Below the pieces are notes generated by a model. It saw only the letters and a program-made list of their open reading frames with translations, made no database searches and was not told where the DNA came from. A stretch of 49,081 bases of DNA from an uncultured Rhizobium sp. (lineage in GTDB: Bacteria > Pseudomonadota > Alphaproteobacteria > Rickettsiales > UBA1997). Of the stretch, positions 8,650 to 17,679 are shown one piece after another (position 1 is the stretch's first letter; each line of letters begins with the position of its first letter). The stretch spans positions 1 to 49,081 of the forward strand of contig CAZENB010000002.1 of NCBI GenBank assembly GCA_964513555.1, read 5' to 3'. The position numbers were made by a program, and so were the translations under genes.

Positions 8650-9189
8650 TTAGTTAACTACAGTAACAGCTCTTCTATTTTTTGAGATTACCTCTTCTTC
8701 AGATCCAAAGTAAATTGGGTGTTCTTTTCCGTAAGAAACAGTTTTGATTCTGCTAGTTTGAACGCCATTTGATATTAAGAAGTCTTTTGCAGCATTAGCT
8801 CTTCTTTCGCCTAAAGCAATGTTATATTCTCTTGTTCCTCGCTCGTCGCAATGTCCTTCAACTGTGATGTTAATTGATGGATCACTTTTTAACCACATAG
8901 CTTGAACTTCAAGGATTTTTCTTGCATCATCACTTAATTCTGAAGAATCATAAGCAAAGAAAATTCTATCTTTAACTTCAACTTCATCTTCTTGAGCTTT
9001 AGCAGCATCGTTCATTGCTTTTGCATCTTGCTCGGATTCAAGAGGTTTGTAAGAATCTTGCATTGAGTTGTTCATACTTTCTTCAACTTTGAAATCATCT
9101 TGATTCTCAACCAAAGAATCTTGTTTCATTTTGCTGCTACAAGAAGCAATTGATACTAAAGCGATTAATACTAATATTTTCTTCAACAT
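8650..9189 (-). CDS. pal: peptidoglycan-associated lipoprotein Pal
   Basis: Lipobox (SIASC) followed by an OmpA_C domain: FFAYDSSELS...VEGHCDERGTREYNIALGERRANAAKDFL... Confidence 0.85.
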   Translation of the reverse strand: MLKKILVLIALVSIASCSSKMKQDSLVENQDDFKVEESMNNSMQDSYKPLESEQDAKAMNDAAKAQEDEVEVKDRIFFAYDSSELSDDARKILEVQAMWLKSDPSINITVEGHCDERGTREYNIALGERRANAAKDFLISNGVQTSRIKTVSYGKEHPIYFGSEEEVISKNRRAVTVVN

Positions 9190-9371
9190 AGTTTGACCTC
9201 TGAAATTAATAATTAAATTTTATGAGTTGAAATTTTTCTTGTAAAAAAAGAATAACAGCTTCCAGACGAATCTAAAATTCTAGTTATTACAAGTCAAGCA
9301 GACACAATTTTTTTGTATCAATTTTTATTTTAGATTCAATATAAGAAAAATGATAAGAGATTAAAAAAAAC

Positions 9372-9400
9372 TTGAAAAGATGCTTGTTATTTGTTATAAA
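9372..9400 (+). promoter_or_regulatory. candidate sigma70-type promoter for the orphan gene
   Basis: TTGAAA (9372-9377), 17-nt spacer, TATAAA (9395-9400), 48 nt upstream of the ATG at 9448. Confidence 0.25.
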
Positions 9401-9447
9401 AGCGTCTGGTAAAAACTTAAAATTTTGTAAAAATCTGTTAAAATTTA

Positions 9448-10668
9448 ATGTCTGTAGAAGATAATAAAAAACAAAGCTCCCCCTCTTATGCTTCAGAAGT
9501 TTTGTTAAAAGGCACTGCTGGACATATTTTGGGTCCATTTGCGAATATCACTGAAGACAAAACTGTTGATGCAAATGGCATCAAAATTTCATCAGAAGAA
9601 GTTATGAGAGCAAGAAACTCAAAAAGAGTTTCAGAACTTGACGCAGCAAAAAATCTTGCTTTATCATCTATTGCAAATCTTAATCCTAAAAGAACTAACA
9701 AATATCAAGTTTTTGCTGAAGCTGCAATGCGTACAATGCTTAGAGGTTTGAAAAGCAACTTAGATTATTCAGGAAATGAAAAACACGCTAAATTAATAGA
9801 TAAGTGGGAAAATAAAATTGCAGAAGGAGATCTTTTAAGTGAGGCTTTATGTGCTCAAATGGTGAATGAATTTTCAGCGGAACTTGCTAAAGTTGATCCA
9901 GTAGCAGCAAAAAAATATCAAGATGATGCTAATTCTTCTTTGAAAGAGGTTTTTGCTGGTATTGAAAAAAATTCACAAAATTCTGATGAAAGATGGAAAT
10001 GGCAATTGCTACAAATGTTTGCTGTATTTACTCCTCTCGGAGCATTTTCAATTGCTGGTCATGTTTTTAATTACCTTGAACCTTTAAGTGAAATTTTTGG
10101 TCATATTTTTTCAAGTGAAGGAATTGCTCAAGGAGTTGCTGATATTTTGACTGATAAAAAACTTGGACCATTTGCATGGCTTGTTGAACAAATGAAGGTT
10201 GATTATGCAGTTGAACAAGTATTAACAAAAACTCCTATCTTAAGTGACCTTCTTGATGCGGCAAGTCTTATTACTACAAGCGATATAGTCCATGATTTAG
10301 GAGGAACTGTTGCTCCATCTTTGGGTTCTGAGTTACCATTAATTTTGATAGCCGGCGGTATGATAGCTTATCAAACTCCTGATGAAATTGATCACCAAAA
10401 ATCATCATCAGTACTTGAAGCTGAGAAAAAATCCGCTTTGAAAAAATTAGATGCCTATCCAATAAAGCCTCAAATAGCTAAAAAAGAAGAGAAAAAATCA
10501 GAAACCAACGTTTCAATTTCTTCTGAGATTGAAAGAATTAACAGTCAAAATAATTCGCAAAATAAAACCCCATCTCCTTCTGCAAAAATAAACTCTGTTG
10601 CTACAAAACTTTTAGAAGAAAATTCTAAAGATAACAAAAAAAAAGGTGGTGGAATTGGGGTTTATTAA
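9448..10668 (+). CDS. hypothetical protein (orphan); two predicted TM segments and a K/E/S/N-rich C-terminal tail
   Basis: 406-aa ORF with coding-like composition and no signal peptide. Hydrophobic stretches LLQMFAVFTPLGAFSIAGHVF and LPLILIAGGMIAY. The tail runs KKEEKKSETNVS...NSQNNSQNKTPSPS...KDNKKKGGGIGVY. I recognise no family. Confidence 0.6.
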   Translation: MSVEDNKKQSSPSYASEVLLKGTAGHILGPFANITEDKTVDANGIKISSEEVMRARNSKRVSELDAAKNLALSSIANLNPKRTNKYQVFAEAAMRTMLRGLKSNLDYSGNEKHAKLIDKWENKIAEGDLLSEALCAQMVNEFSAELAKVDPVAAKKYQDDANSSLKEVFAGIEKNSQNSDERWKWQLLQMFAVFTPLGAFSIAGHVFNYLEPLSEIFGHIFSSEGIAQGVADILTDKKLGPFAWLVEQMKVDYAVEQVLTKTPILSDLLDAASLITTSDIVHDLGGTVAPSLGSELPLILIAGGMIAYQTPDEIDHQKSSSVLEAEKKSALKKLDAYPIKPQIAKKEEKKSETNVSISSEIERINSQNNSQNKTPSPSAKINSVATKLLEENSKDNKKKGGGIGVY

Positions 10669-11746
10669 TTTAAAAAAAAATCTGGTTAGTTATTACATTG
10701 ATGATAATGAAAAATTAGATGAGTTACTGGATCTGATTGCAAAATCAGAAGTAATTGCAATTGATACTGAATTTACAAGAGAAAAAACTTATTACTCAAT
10801 TTTGTCTTTGATTCAAATTGCTGTTAAAGATGGTAAGAAAAAACACTCTTTTATTGTTGATTGTCTAGCAGATATTAATCTGAAAAAGTTGTTTCAAGTT
10901 ATAAATGATCCAAAAGTTACAAAAATTCTTCATTCTTCTTTACAAGATTTACAAATTTTCTATAAACACTCAAAAACGTTGCCCAAAGGAATTTCAGATA
11001 CGCAAATTATGGCAAATTTTTGTGGTTTTGACTTTAATATTGGTTATTCTGCTTTGGTTGAAAAGTTTTTTGATAAAATAATTGATAAGAGTCAGCAAAG
11101 AAGTGATTGGCAAAAAAGGCCACTTACACAAAAACAAATTGATTATGCTTTGTCAGATGTCAAATATTTGGAAGAAATTCATGATAAAATGAATGATATT
11201 CTAGAATCAAAAGGACGTAAGACTTGGTATTTAGAGGAAGTAAAAAATTTTGTTAAAGCTTCAGTTGCAAAACCAGAAGAAAATTTATTCAAAAACTTTG
11301 TTTTTCAAAAAAAAACTTCCAAAGAAATTTCTCAAATAAAGAGATTAATTTTATGGCGTGAATCTTGGGCCCAAAAACTTGATATTCCAAGACAGCATTT
11401 TTTACGGGACCATGTTATTGAAAGAATTGTTATGAAAAATGATTTAAGTTTAAAATTAGAAAAAAAAGCCATTGAAGAAATAAAAAAAATTATGGATATG
11501 GAAGAGCTTTTAACAGAAAACAATTTTGTAGAAAAACATTTTCTGATGACGGAACAACAAAAAAGATCTTTCAAAAAAGCAAAAAAACTTATTTCTAAAA
11601 TTGCTTTGGAACAAGATTTGAAAGAACAATTCTTAATTTCCACACTAACTTTAAAAAATTTGGTTTGCGGTTATAAAAATATTGATGAAATAATTTATGG
11701 ATGGAGATTTGAAGTTTTTGGTTCTGAACTAAAAAAAATTATTTAG
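10646..11746 (+). CDS. rnd: ribonuclease D
   Basis: DEDD exonuclease motifs (IAIDTEF, HSSLQDLQIF, QIDYALSDVKYL) plus an HRDC-like C-terminal half. No ATG lies near the 5' end, so the start is uncertain (GTG 10646 or TTG 10655). Confidence 0.85.
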   Translation: MVELGFINLKKNLVSYYIDDNEKLDELLDLIAKSEVIAIDTEFTREKTYYSILSLIQIAVKDGKKKHSFIVDCLADINLKKLFQVINDPKVTKILHSSLQDLQIFYKHSKTLPKGISDTQIMANFCGFDFNIGYSALVEKFFDKIIDKSQQRSDWQKRPLTQKQIDYALSDVKYLEEIHDKMNDILESKGRKTWYLEEVKNFVKASVAKPEENLFKNFVFQKKTSKEISQIKRLILWRESWAQKLDIPRQHFLRDHVIERIVMKNDLSLKLEKKAIEEIKKIMDMEELLTENNFVEKHFLMTEQQKRSFKKAKKLISKIALEQDLKEQFLISTLTLKNLVCGYKNIDEIIYGWRFEVFGSELKKII

Positions 11747-11857
11747 ACAATTAACTTGCAATAAATTACTAAAAATCAGTATCTAAAAAATTAGCTCGTA
11801 ACTAAAATTCTTACAGGCTGATTTTGAAATTAAAATATAAAAATATTAAATAGTGAA

Positions 11858-12700
11858 ATGAAAATTATTGTTGCAAATTGGAAAATGAATCATGCTTTTG
11901 AAGAAGCTGATTCTTGGCTTAAAGTTTTTTCTAAACTTGTTTTAGATAATAAAAATAAATTTGCTGAAATTGAATCAGTTGTTTGCCCACCTGTTTTTAT
12001 GATTGATTATATTGACAGTGAATTAATGGATAATGGTTTTAGAAAACTGGACTCAATCGTAAAAAGTCAAAATAGAAATATTGAAAGTTTTACTGAAGAA
12101 GAATTAAGCGAAATTATTTTAAAAGAACGTCCAATAAAGATTGGTGGACAAGATTGTCATTTTGAAGATTCTGGTTCTTTTACAGGTGATATAAGTGCTT
12201 CTTCACTTAAAAAAATTGGCTGTGAATATGTAATTCTTGGTCATTCTGAGAGAAGGGAAGGACACTTTGAGACTAATGAAATTATTGCAAAGAAAGTTAC
12301 CGCAGCCTTAAAAAAAAATATAACGCCAATAATTTGTGTTGGGGAAAGTAAAGAAACTCGTGATCAATCAAAGCATTTAGAGTTTGTTTATAAACAGATT
12401 ATGAGTTCAGTTCCTCAAGATATAAAATTTGATAAATTGATCATTGCTTATGAGCCCATTTGGTCAATTGGAACAGGAGTCACTCCAAGTTCTGAACAAA
12501 TTAAGGAAATGGCAAAATTAACTAAGAAAATTTTTGCTGAAAAATTGGACGGTGTTGCAAATCAATATTTTATGCTTTACGGCGGTTCGGTAACTTCACA
12601 AAATTCTGCTGAAATTTTGAAAATTGAAAATGTTGATGGACTTTTGGTGGGCAAGGCAAGCCTTGATGCTGAGGAGTTTGTCCGTATTTGTTTATCTTAA
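11858..12700 (+). CDS. tpiA: triosephosphate isomerase
   Basis: ANWKMN, GHSERR, AYEPIWSIGTG and YGGSV motifs. At 280 aa it carries an extra segment after the CPP motif. Confidence 0.92.
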   Translation: MKIIVANWKMNHAFEEADSWLKVFSKLVLDNKNKFAEIESVVCPPVFMIDYIDSELMDNGFRKLDSIVKSQNRNIESFTEEELSEIILKERPIKIGGQDCHFEDSGSFTGDISASSLKKIGCEYVILGHSERREGHFETNEIIAKKVTAALKKNITPIICVGESKETRDQSKHLEFVYKQIMSSVPQDIKFDKLIIAYEPIWSIGTGVTPSSEQIKEMAKLTKKIFAEKLDGVANQYFMLYGGSVTSQNSAEILKIENVDGLLVGKASLDAEEFVRICLS

Positions 12701-12725
12701 AAAGCTTAATTAATTTTAAAAATAT

Positions 12726-14222
12726 ATGACACAAAACTTTCGTATAGAATCTGATTCTTTTGGTGAAATTAAAGTTCCAGCAGACGCTTATTATGCTGCG
12801 CAAACACAGCGCTCAGTACAGAATTTTCCAATCCAGAACCATAACCCTGGACATAAAATGCCAAAAGAAGTTGTGCGTGCGATGTTATTGGTTAAAAAAG
12901 CAGCGGCTTTGGCAAATAAAGAATTGATGGCAGCAGATCCAAAATCAGATGAATTTAAAAAATTCTCACCAGATTTGGCTGATAAAATTATCGATTCAGT
13001 TGATACAATCTTAGAAAAATTTGATTGGTTTTACGAAAATCATTTTCCACTAGTTGTGTGGCAAACTGGTTCTGGAACTCAAACCAACATGAACACCAAC
13101 GAAGTTATTGCATCAGTTGCCAATGAAAAAGTTAGTGGCCAAAAAGGTGGAAAATCGCCAGTTCATCCAAATGATCATGTGAATTTAGGTCAAAGTTCGA
13201 ATGACACTTTCCCAACTGCTATGCATGTTGCAGCTGTAATTTCAACTTACGAAAAACTTTTGCCAACTTTAGTTCGTTTTGCTAATGAACTTGGTAAAAA
13301 AGAAAAAGAATTTGGTGGAATTATTAAAATTGGTAGAACTCACACTCAAGATGCAACTCCAGTAACTTTGGGTCAGGAATTTGGCGCTTACAAAAAACAA
13401 ATCGAAACTTCGGTTCGTTTTGTAATAGATGGAATTAGAGAAGTGTTTGGATTGGCTCAAGGTGGCACTGCAGTTGGAACTGGACTAAATTGTCATCCAA
13501 AATTCGCTGAAATTTTTGCTGAAAAAATTAATGAAGTTAGCGGATTCAATGGCATACAAAAAAATCTTTTTGCTCTAGATGAACGCTTCAAAAGTTTTTA
13601 CGACAAAGGATTTTTTACTCACCAAAACAAATTTATGGCTTTGGCTTGTAACGACGAGTTGGTAAATTTATCAGGCGTATTAAATACTTTATCAGTATCT
13701 TGCATGAAAATTGCCAACGATATTCGTTTCTTAGCTTCTGGACCGCGCTCTGGTCTTGGTGAAATTAGTTTGCCAGAAAATGAACCAGGCTCATCAATTA
13801 TGCCAGGAAAAGTAAATCCAACACAATGCGAAGCGCTGACAATGATTGCCTGCCAAGTAATGGGGAACCACGTCGCTGTGACAGTTGGCGGCTCGAATGG
13901 TCATTTTGAATTAAACGTTTTCCGTCCAATGATTATCAGAAATGTTATTGAATCGATCAATTTGTTGAACGACGGCATTAACAGCTTCATCGACCAATGT
14001 TTGGTTGGAATCGTTGCTAACGAAGAGCGCATCCAACAACTTCTTGAGCAATCTTTAATGTTGGTAACAGCCTTGAATCCTTATATCGGTTACGATAACG
14101 CGGCAAAAATTGCTAAAAAAGCTCACAAAGAAGGCACAACTTTGAAAGCAGCTGCACTTGCTTCAGGATTGGTAAGTGCTGAAGACTTTGATAAATGGGT
14201 TAATCCAAAAGATATGATTTAA
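12726..14222 (+). CDS. fumC: class II fumarate hydratase
   Basis: [16 protein letters not shown] signature and [12 protein letters not shown] motif; strong end-to-end resemblance to FumC. Confidence 0.95.
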   Translation: MTQNFRIESDSFGEIKVPADAYYAAQTQRSVQNFPIQNHNPGHKMPKEVVRAMLLVKKAAALANKELMAADPKSDEFKKFSPDLADKIIDSVDTILEKFDWFYENHFPLVVWQTGSGTQTNMNTNEVIASVANEKVSGQKGGKSPVHPNDHVNLGQSSNDTFPTAMHVAAVISTYEKLLPTLVRFANELGKKEKEFGGIIKIGRTHTQDATPVTLGQEFGAYKKQIETSVRFVIDGIREVFGLAQGGTAVGTGLNCHPKFAEIFAEKINEVSGFNGIQKNLFALDERFKSFYDKGFFTHQNKFMALACNDELVNLSGVLNTLSVSCMKIANDIRFLASGPRSGLGEISLPENEPGSSIMPGKVNPTQCEALTMIACQVMGNHVAVTVGGSNGHFELNVFRPMIIRNVIESINLLNDGINSFIDQCLVGIVANEERIQQLLEQSLMLVTALNPYIGYDNAAKIAKKAHKEGTTLKAAALASGLVSAEDFDKWVNPKDMI

Positions 14223-14259
14223 GATTTTTTTAAAAATTAACAAAATTCAAACTTAATTC

Positions 14260-14670
14260 ATGAAAAATTTAGATATTCGTTGTAAACAAAGGTTTCAAAA
14301 TTATGAAAAAGCTTTTGCGCTTTTGAGTGATGCTTTGAAAGATGGTGCTGATAAATTGTCGCTTTTAGAAAAAGAAGGTGCGCTACAACGTTTTGAATTT
14401 ACTTTTGAATTGGCGTGGAAAGTAATGAAAGATTACTTGGAAGAAAGCGGTGTGGTGATAAATCCAGTAACCCCAAAAAATGTTATTAAACAGGCTTTTG
14501 TTGCCAAGATTATAGAAAATGGACAAGTTTGGATTGATATGTTAATGAGTCGTAATCTTATGTCGCACACTCATGATTTTATAAAATTTGAAGCAATTGC
14601 CAAGGATGTTGAAACAAAATATTTGTCTGAACTTAAGAAGTTGGAACAATTTTTTAAGACAACACTATGA
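14260..14670 (+). CDS. hepT: HEPN-domain protein, HI0074 family (nucleotidyltransferase substrate-binding protein); HepT-like toxin
   Basis: LQRFEFTFELAWKVMKDYLEE core and an Rx4H motif (SRNLMSH); 136 aa. Confidence 0.85.
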   Translation: MKNLDIRCKQRFQNYEKAFALLSDALKDGADKLSLLEKEGALQRFEFTFELAWKVMKDYLEESGVVINPVTPKNVIKQAFVAKIIENGQVWIDMLMSRNLMSHTHDFIKFEAIAKDVETKYLSELKKLEQFFKTTL

Positions 14671-14966
14671 AATGCGGTCTTGAAGAACAGCAATTAAAGT
14701 TAATAAATTCAGTTTTCTCTCAAAATAATAAAATTAAATCAGTCAAGGTTTTTGGTTCTCGCGCTAAAGGAAATTATCGTCCTAATTCTGATATTGATTT
14801 GGCAATTGATGGTGAAATTAATGATATTGAGGCTCAATTAATTTTAACTCAATTAGATGATCTTCCACTGCCATATATTTTTGATGTTAAAGTTGTTAAA
14901 AATATAAATAATGCTGATTTAGTTGAGCATATAAAAAGAGTTGGAATATCAATTTATGAAAAATAA
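14667..14966 (+). CDS. mntA: minimal nucleotidyltransferase (MNT), HI0073 family; MntA-like antitoxin
   Basis: VFGSRAKGNYRPNSDIDLAI (GSxxxG...DxD NTase motif); 99 aa; ATGA overlap with the HEPN gene. Confidence 0.85.
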   Translation: MKCGLEEQQLKLINSVFSQNNKIKSVKVFGSRAKGNYRPNSDIDLAIDGEINDIEAQLILTQLDDLPLPYIFDVKVVKNINNADLVEHIKRVGISIYEK

Positions 14967-16230
14967 CAATTTTGACATTATAATAATTGGTGGATCATTT
15001 GCTGGAATGACTTCCGCTCTTGCTTTAAGCAACGTGTCGCCCAATTTAGAAATTGCGGTGATTGAGAAACAAGATATCACAAAAGAAGATAGAAAAGCTG
15101 ATGGTAGAGCTTATGCAATTTCCGCTGCATCATTAAAGTTATTCAAAGAAATTGGTATTTATAACGATTTAAAATCTATAGCTGGAAAAATTTCTGATAT
15201 AAAAATTACTGATTATAAATCGCCATTCTTTCTTGATTTTTTAGGAAAAGAAGTTGATGAAAAAGAAGGTCAATTAGGACAAATTATTGAAAATCATCAT
15301 ATTCATAATGCACTTAGAAATAAGCTCTTAAAGCGTGAAAACATTACTCTTTTTTGTCCTCATTCATATGAAGAAATTAATTTTGAACATCATTGTAATC
15401 CTAAGCGAAGTGAAGGATCTCATAATAATGAAGTTTGTAACACGAAATCTTTCGTTTGCGCTCAGGATAACAAAAACGGTAATGTTTTAGTAAAACTTGA
15501 TGATGGGAAAGTTTTGAAGTCAAAATTGCTTTTGGCTTGTGATGGTCGTTTTTCTAAGTTGCGTGAGATTTATCAAATTCCAACTACTCAAAAAAAATAT
15601 CATCAAACAGCAATAGTTTTTAATGTGCAGCATAAAAATTCTCATGAAAACGTAGCTTATGAAAAGTTTTTACCAGGTGGTCCTTTGGCAATTCTTCCAA
15701 TGCAAAATAAATATCAATCATCAATTGTTTGGATTGCAAAAGACAATGATGCACAAGCAATACTTAGTTTGGATGAAGAAAATTTTGTACATCAATTACA
15801 AAAGAAAATAGAAAATTCTTTGGGTGATGTTCAAGTTATTTCACAAAAATTCTCTTATCCTTTAATTTTGGTTGAAGCCAACAAATTCTATCATGAAAAG
15901 ATGCTTTTGATTGGAGATGCTTCAGCCGGAGTTCATCCGATTGCAGGACAAGGCTTTAATCTGGCAATTAGTGGAATTAATATTTTGTGTAATTTGATTA
16001 AGAATGCCTTATTTTGTGGACAAGATATTGCATCAAAAAGTGTGATTGAAGAATATAATAAGAAGGCAAAGCTGGGTGCAAAAAAAATGATTATTGCAAC
16101 TGACATTCTAAATTCCATTTTTGAAACCAAAAGTTTTTCTATTGCTTTAGCTCGTGATGTTGGTCTTGGTTTAGTAAATAAAATCTCTGTTTTAAAAAAG
16201 TTTTTTATTAAATCTGCAGGCGGATTTTAG
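14956..16230 (+). CDS. ubiH: UbiH/UbiF/VisC/COQ6-family FAD-dependent ubiquinone-biosynthesis hydroxylase
   Basis: DIIIIGGSFAGMTSALAL (GxGxxG), LLLACDGRFSKLRE, LIGDASAGVHPIAGQGFNLAI. ATG at 14956 is preferred to the track's TTG at 14941. The gene overlaps the mntA stop by 11 nt. Confidence 0.85.
   Translation: MKNNNFDIIIIGGSFAGMTSALALSNVSPNLEIAVIEKQDITKEDRKADGRAYAISAASLKLFKEIGIYNDLKSIAGKISDIKITDYKSPFFLDFLGKEVDEKEGQLGQIIENHHIHNALRNKLLKRENITLFCPHSYEEINFEHHCNPKRSEGSHNNEVCNTKSFVCAQDNKNGNVLVKLDDGKVLKSKLLLACDGRFSKLREIYQIPTTQKKYHQTAIVFNVQHKNSHENVAYEKFLPGGPLAILPMQNKYQSSIVWIAKDNDAQAILSLDEENFVHQLQKKIENSLGDVQVISQKFSYPLILVEANKFYHEKMLLIGDASAGVHPIAGQGFNLAISGINILCNLIKNALFCGQDIASKSVIEEYNKKAKLGAKKMIIATDILNSIFETKSFSIALARDVGLGLVNKISVLKKFFIKSAGGF
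15398..15472 (+). repeat. palindromic element family 1, copy B, inserted in frame in the ubiH-like CDS
   Basis: Left arm atcctaagcgaagtgaaggatct (15398-15420) and right arm aaatctttcgtttgcgctcaggataaca (15445-15472). The 75 nt equal 25 codons and encode (N)PKRSEGSHNNEVCNTKSFVCAQDN. Orientation and reading frame are the same as copy A. Confidence 0.75.
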
Positions 16231-16261
16231 TTTTGGTTTAAATTATTACTTTTAAATAAAT

Positions 16262-16358
16262 GGATTGCCATTTTGCAAAGCTCATTGCGGTGATAAGGAA
16301 AGTTATTTTGCTCCTTATTAAACAAGTCATTGCGATGGGCTTCAGAGACATGGCAATA
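16262..16358. repeat. palindromic element family 2 (RPE-like), intergenic
   Basis: Terminal inverted repeat attgccat (16264-16271) / atggcaat (16350-16357). Inner imperfect palindrome around ataagga...tccttat. cattgcg occurs twice (ctcattgcggtg, gtcattgcgatgg). The cattgcga...ggcaat pattern recalls Rickettsia RPE cores. Confidence 0.6.
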
Positions 16359-16428
16359 CATAAACTGCGAATATAGAACAATTTATATTTCTTAGAATTG
16401 GTTTTTTAAAATTTATTATTTTTATTTA

Positions 16429-17679
16429 ATGCTGTTTTATCGTTTTCTCTCAATTTTACTTTTACCTTTTCTGATTTTATATGTTTTGTTTCGTGTTTAC
16501 AAAGGTAAAGAAGATAAGAATCATTTAAAAGAAAGATTTGGCATTTCTTCAAATTTAAGGCCGCAAGGAAAATTATTTTGGATACATGCTGTTAGTGTTG
16601 GAGAGATGAATTCATCTTTAATTTTTATTGAAGAACTACTGAGAAAATTCCCAGATATTTCAATTGTTTTTACAACCACAACTTTAACTTCTGCTTCAAT
16701 TCTGAAAAGTAATATTATTAAATATCATGGCAAAGTTATTCATCAATTTTTGCCGCTTGATTCTTACTTTATAATTAAAAAGTTTCTTAAGTTCTGGGAT
16801 TTTGACAAAGTATTCATAATGGAGTCTGAAATTTGGCCTAATATAATTTCTTTAGTCAAAGAAACTAATACTGAACTATTTTTGCTCAATGCAAGAATGT
16901 CAGATAAATCTTCTGAGAAATGGCAAATAGCTAGAAGATTTGGTTTTAATATTTTTGAAAAGTTTGATATAATTTTTGCACAAAGTGAAAGCGATAAAGA
17001 TCGCTTTTCAAAGCTAACAAAAAAAGAAGTTTTGTTTTTTGGTAATTTAAAATCTCAGGCACAAAATCTTGTTTGTAATGATGAAGAATTGCAAAAACTA
17101 AAACAAGCAATTGGTGAAAGAACTTTTTGGGTTGCTTCCAGTACTCATAAGGGTGAAGAAGAAATAGTTGTGTGGATTCATCAAGAGCTAAAGAAAAAAT
17201 TCCCTAACATTTTGACAATAATTATTCCGCGTCACCCTAATAGAGCTGAAGAAATTAAAAATTTATTTCCTTTAAGGAAATTTGCACAGCGCAGCAGAAA
17301 TGAAATTATAGATGAGGGTGTTGAATTTTACTTAGCAGACACTTTGGGTGAACTTGGAACTTTTTATACTTTGGCTAACTTTGTTTTCATTGGTGGATCA
17401 ATGTTTGAAATTGGCGGTCATAATCCTTTTGAAGCTGCAAAACTGAATTGTGCAGTAATCTCTGGTAAGTATATTTTTAATTTTAAAGAAGTTTACCAAA
17501 ACTTAGTTAATAACAATTCTTGTTTTATAGTTGACAATAAACAGCAGCTTTTAGAAAAAGTTATCAACTTATTAGAAAATAAAACTATTGCTGAAGTAAT
17601 ATCCAGCAGTGCTTTAAAAATTGTTTCAACTTCAAAAAATGTTGCAGAAGCAGTTATTGATAAAATTACTCAGCAATAA
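16429..17679 (+). CDS. waaA: 3-deoxy-D-manno-octulosonic acid (Kdo) transferase
   Basis: N-terminal TM helix, WIHAVSVGE motif, and GGS...GGHNPFEAA in the C-terminal GT-B domain; 416 aa. Confidence 0.88.
   Translation: MLFYRFLSILLLPFLILYVLFRVYKGKEDKNHLKERFGISSNLRPQGKLFWIHAVSVGEMNSSLIFIEELLRKFPDISIVFTTTTLTSASILKSNIIKYHGKVIHQFLPLDSYFIIKKFLKFWDFDKVFIMESEIWPNIISLVKETNTELFLLNARMSDKSSEKWQIARRFGFNIFEKFDIIFAQSESDKDRFSKLTKKEVLFFGNLKSQAQNLVCNDEELQKLKQAIGERTFWVASSTHKGEEEIVVWIHQELKKKFPNILTIIIPRHPNRAEEIKNLFPLRKFAQRSRNEIIDEGVEFYLADTLGELGTFYTLANFVFIGGSMFEIGGHNPFEAAKLNCAVISGKYIFNFKEVYQNLVNNNSCFIVDNKQQLLEKVINLLENKTIAEVISSSALKIVSTSKNVAEAVIDKITQQ

Noticed and set aside
12726-14222. fumC looks markedly GC-richer (several 60-nt lines at about 45%) than neighbours (about 25-30%), suggesting horizontal transfer together with the adjacent TA pair
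   Set aside because: Spot checks of groEL and ald gave similarly elevated GC. The shift is therefore explained by conserved Gly/Ala/Pro-rich protein sequence rather than foreign origin. It would need a proper codon-position GC3 analysis.
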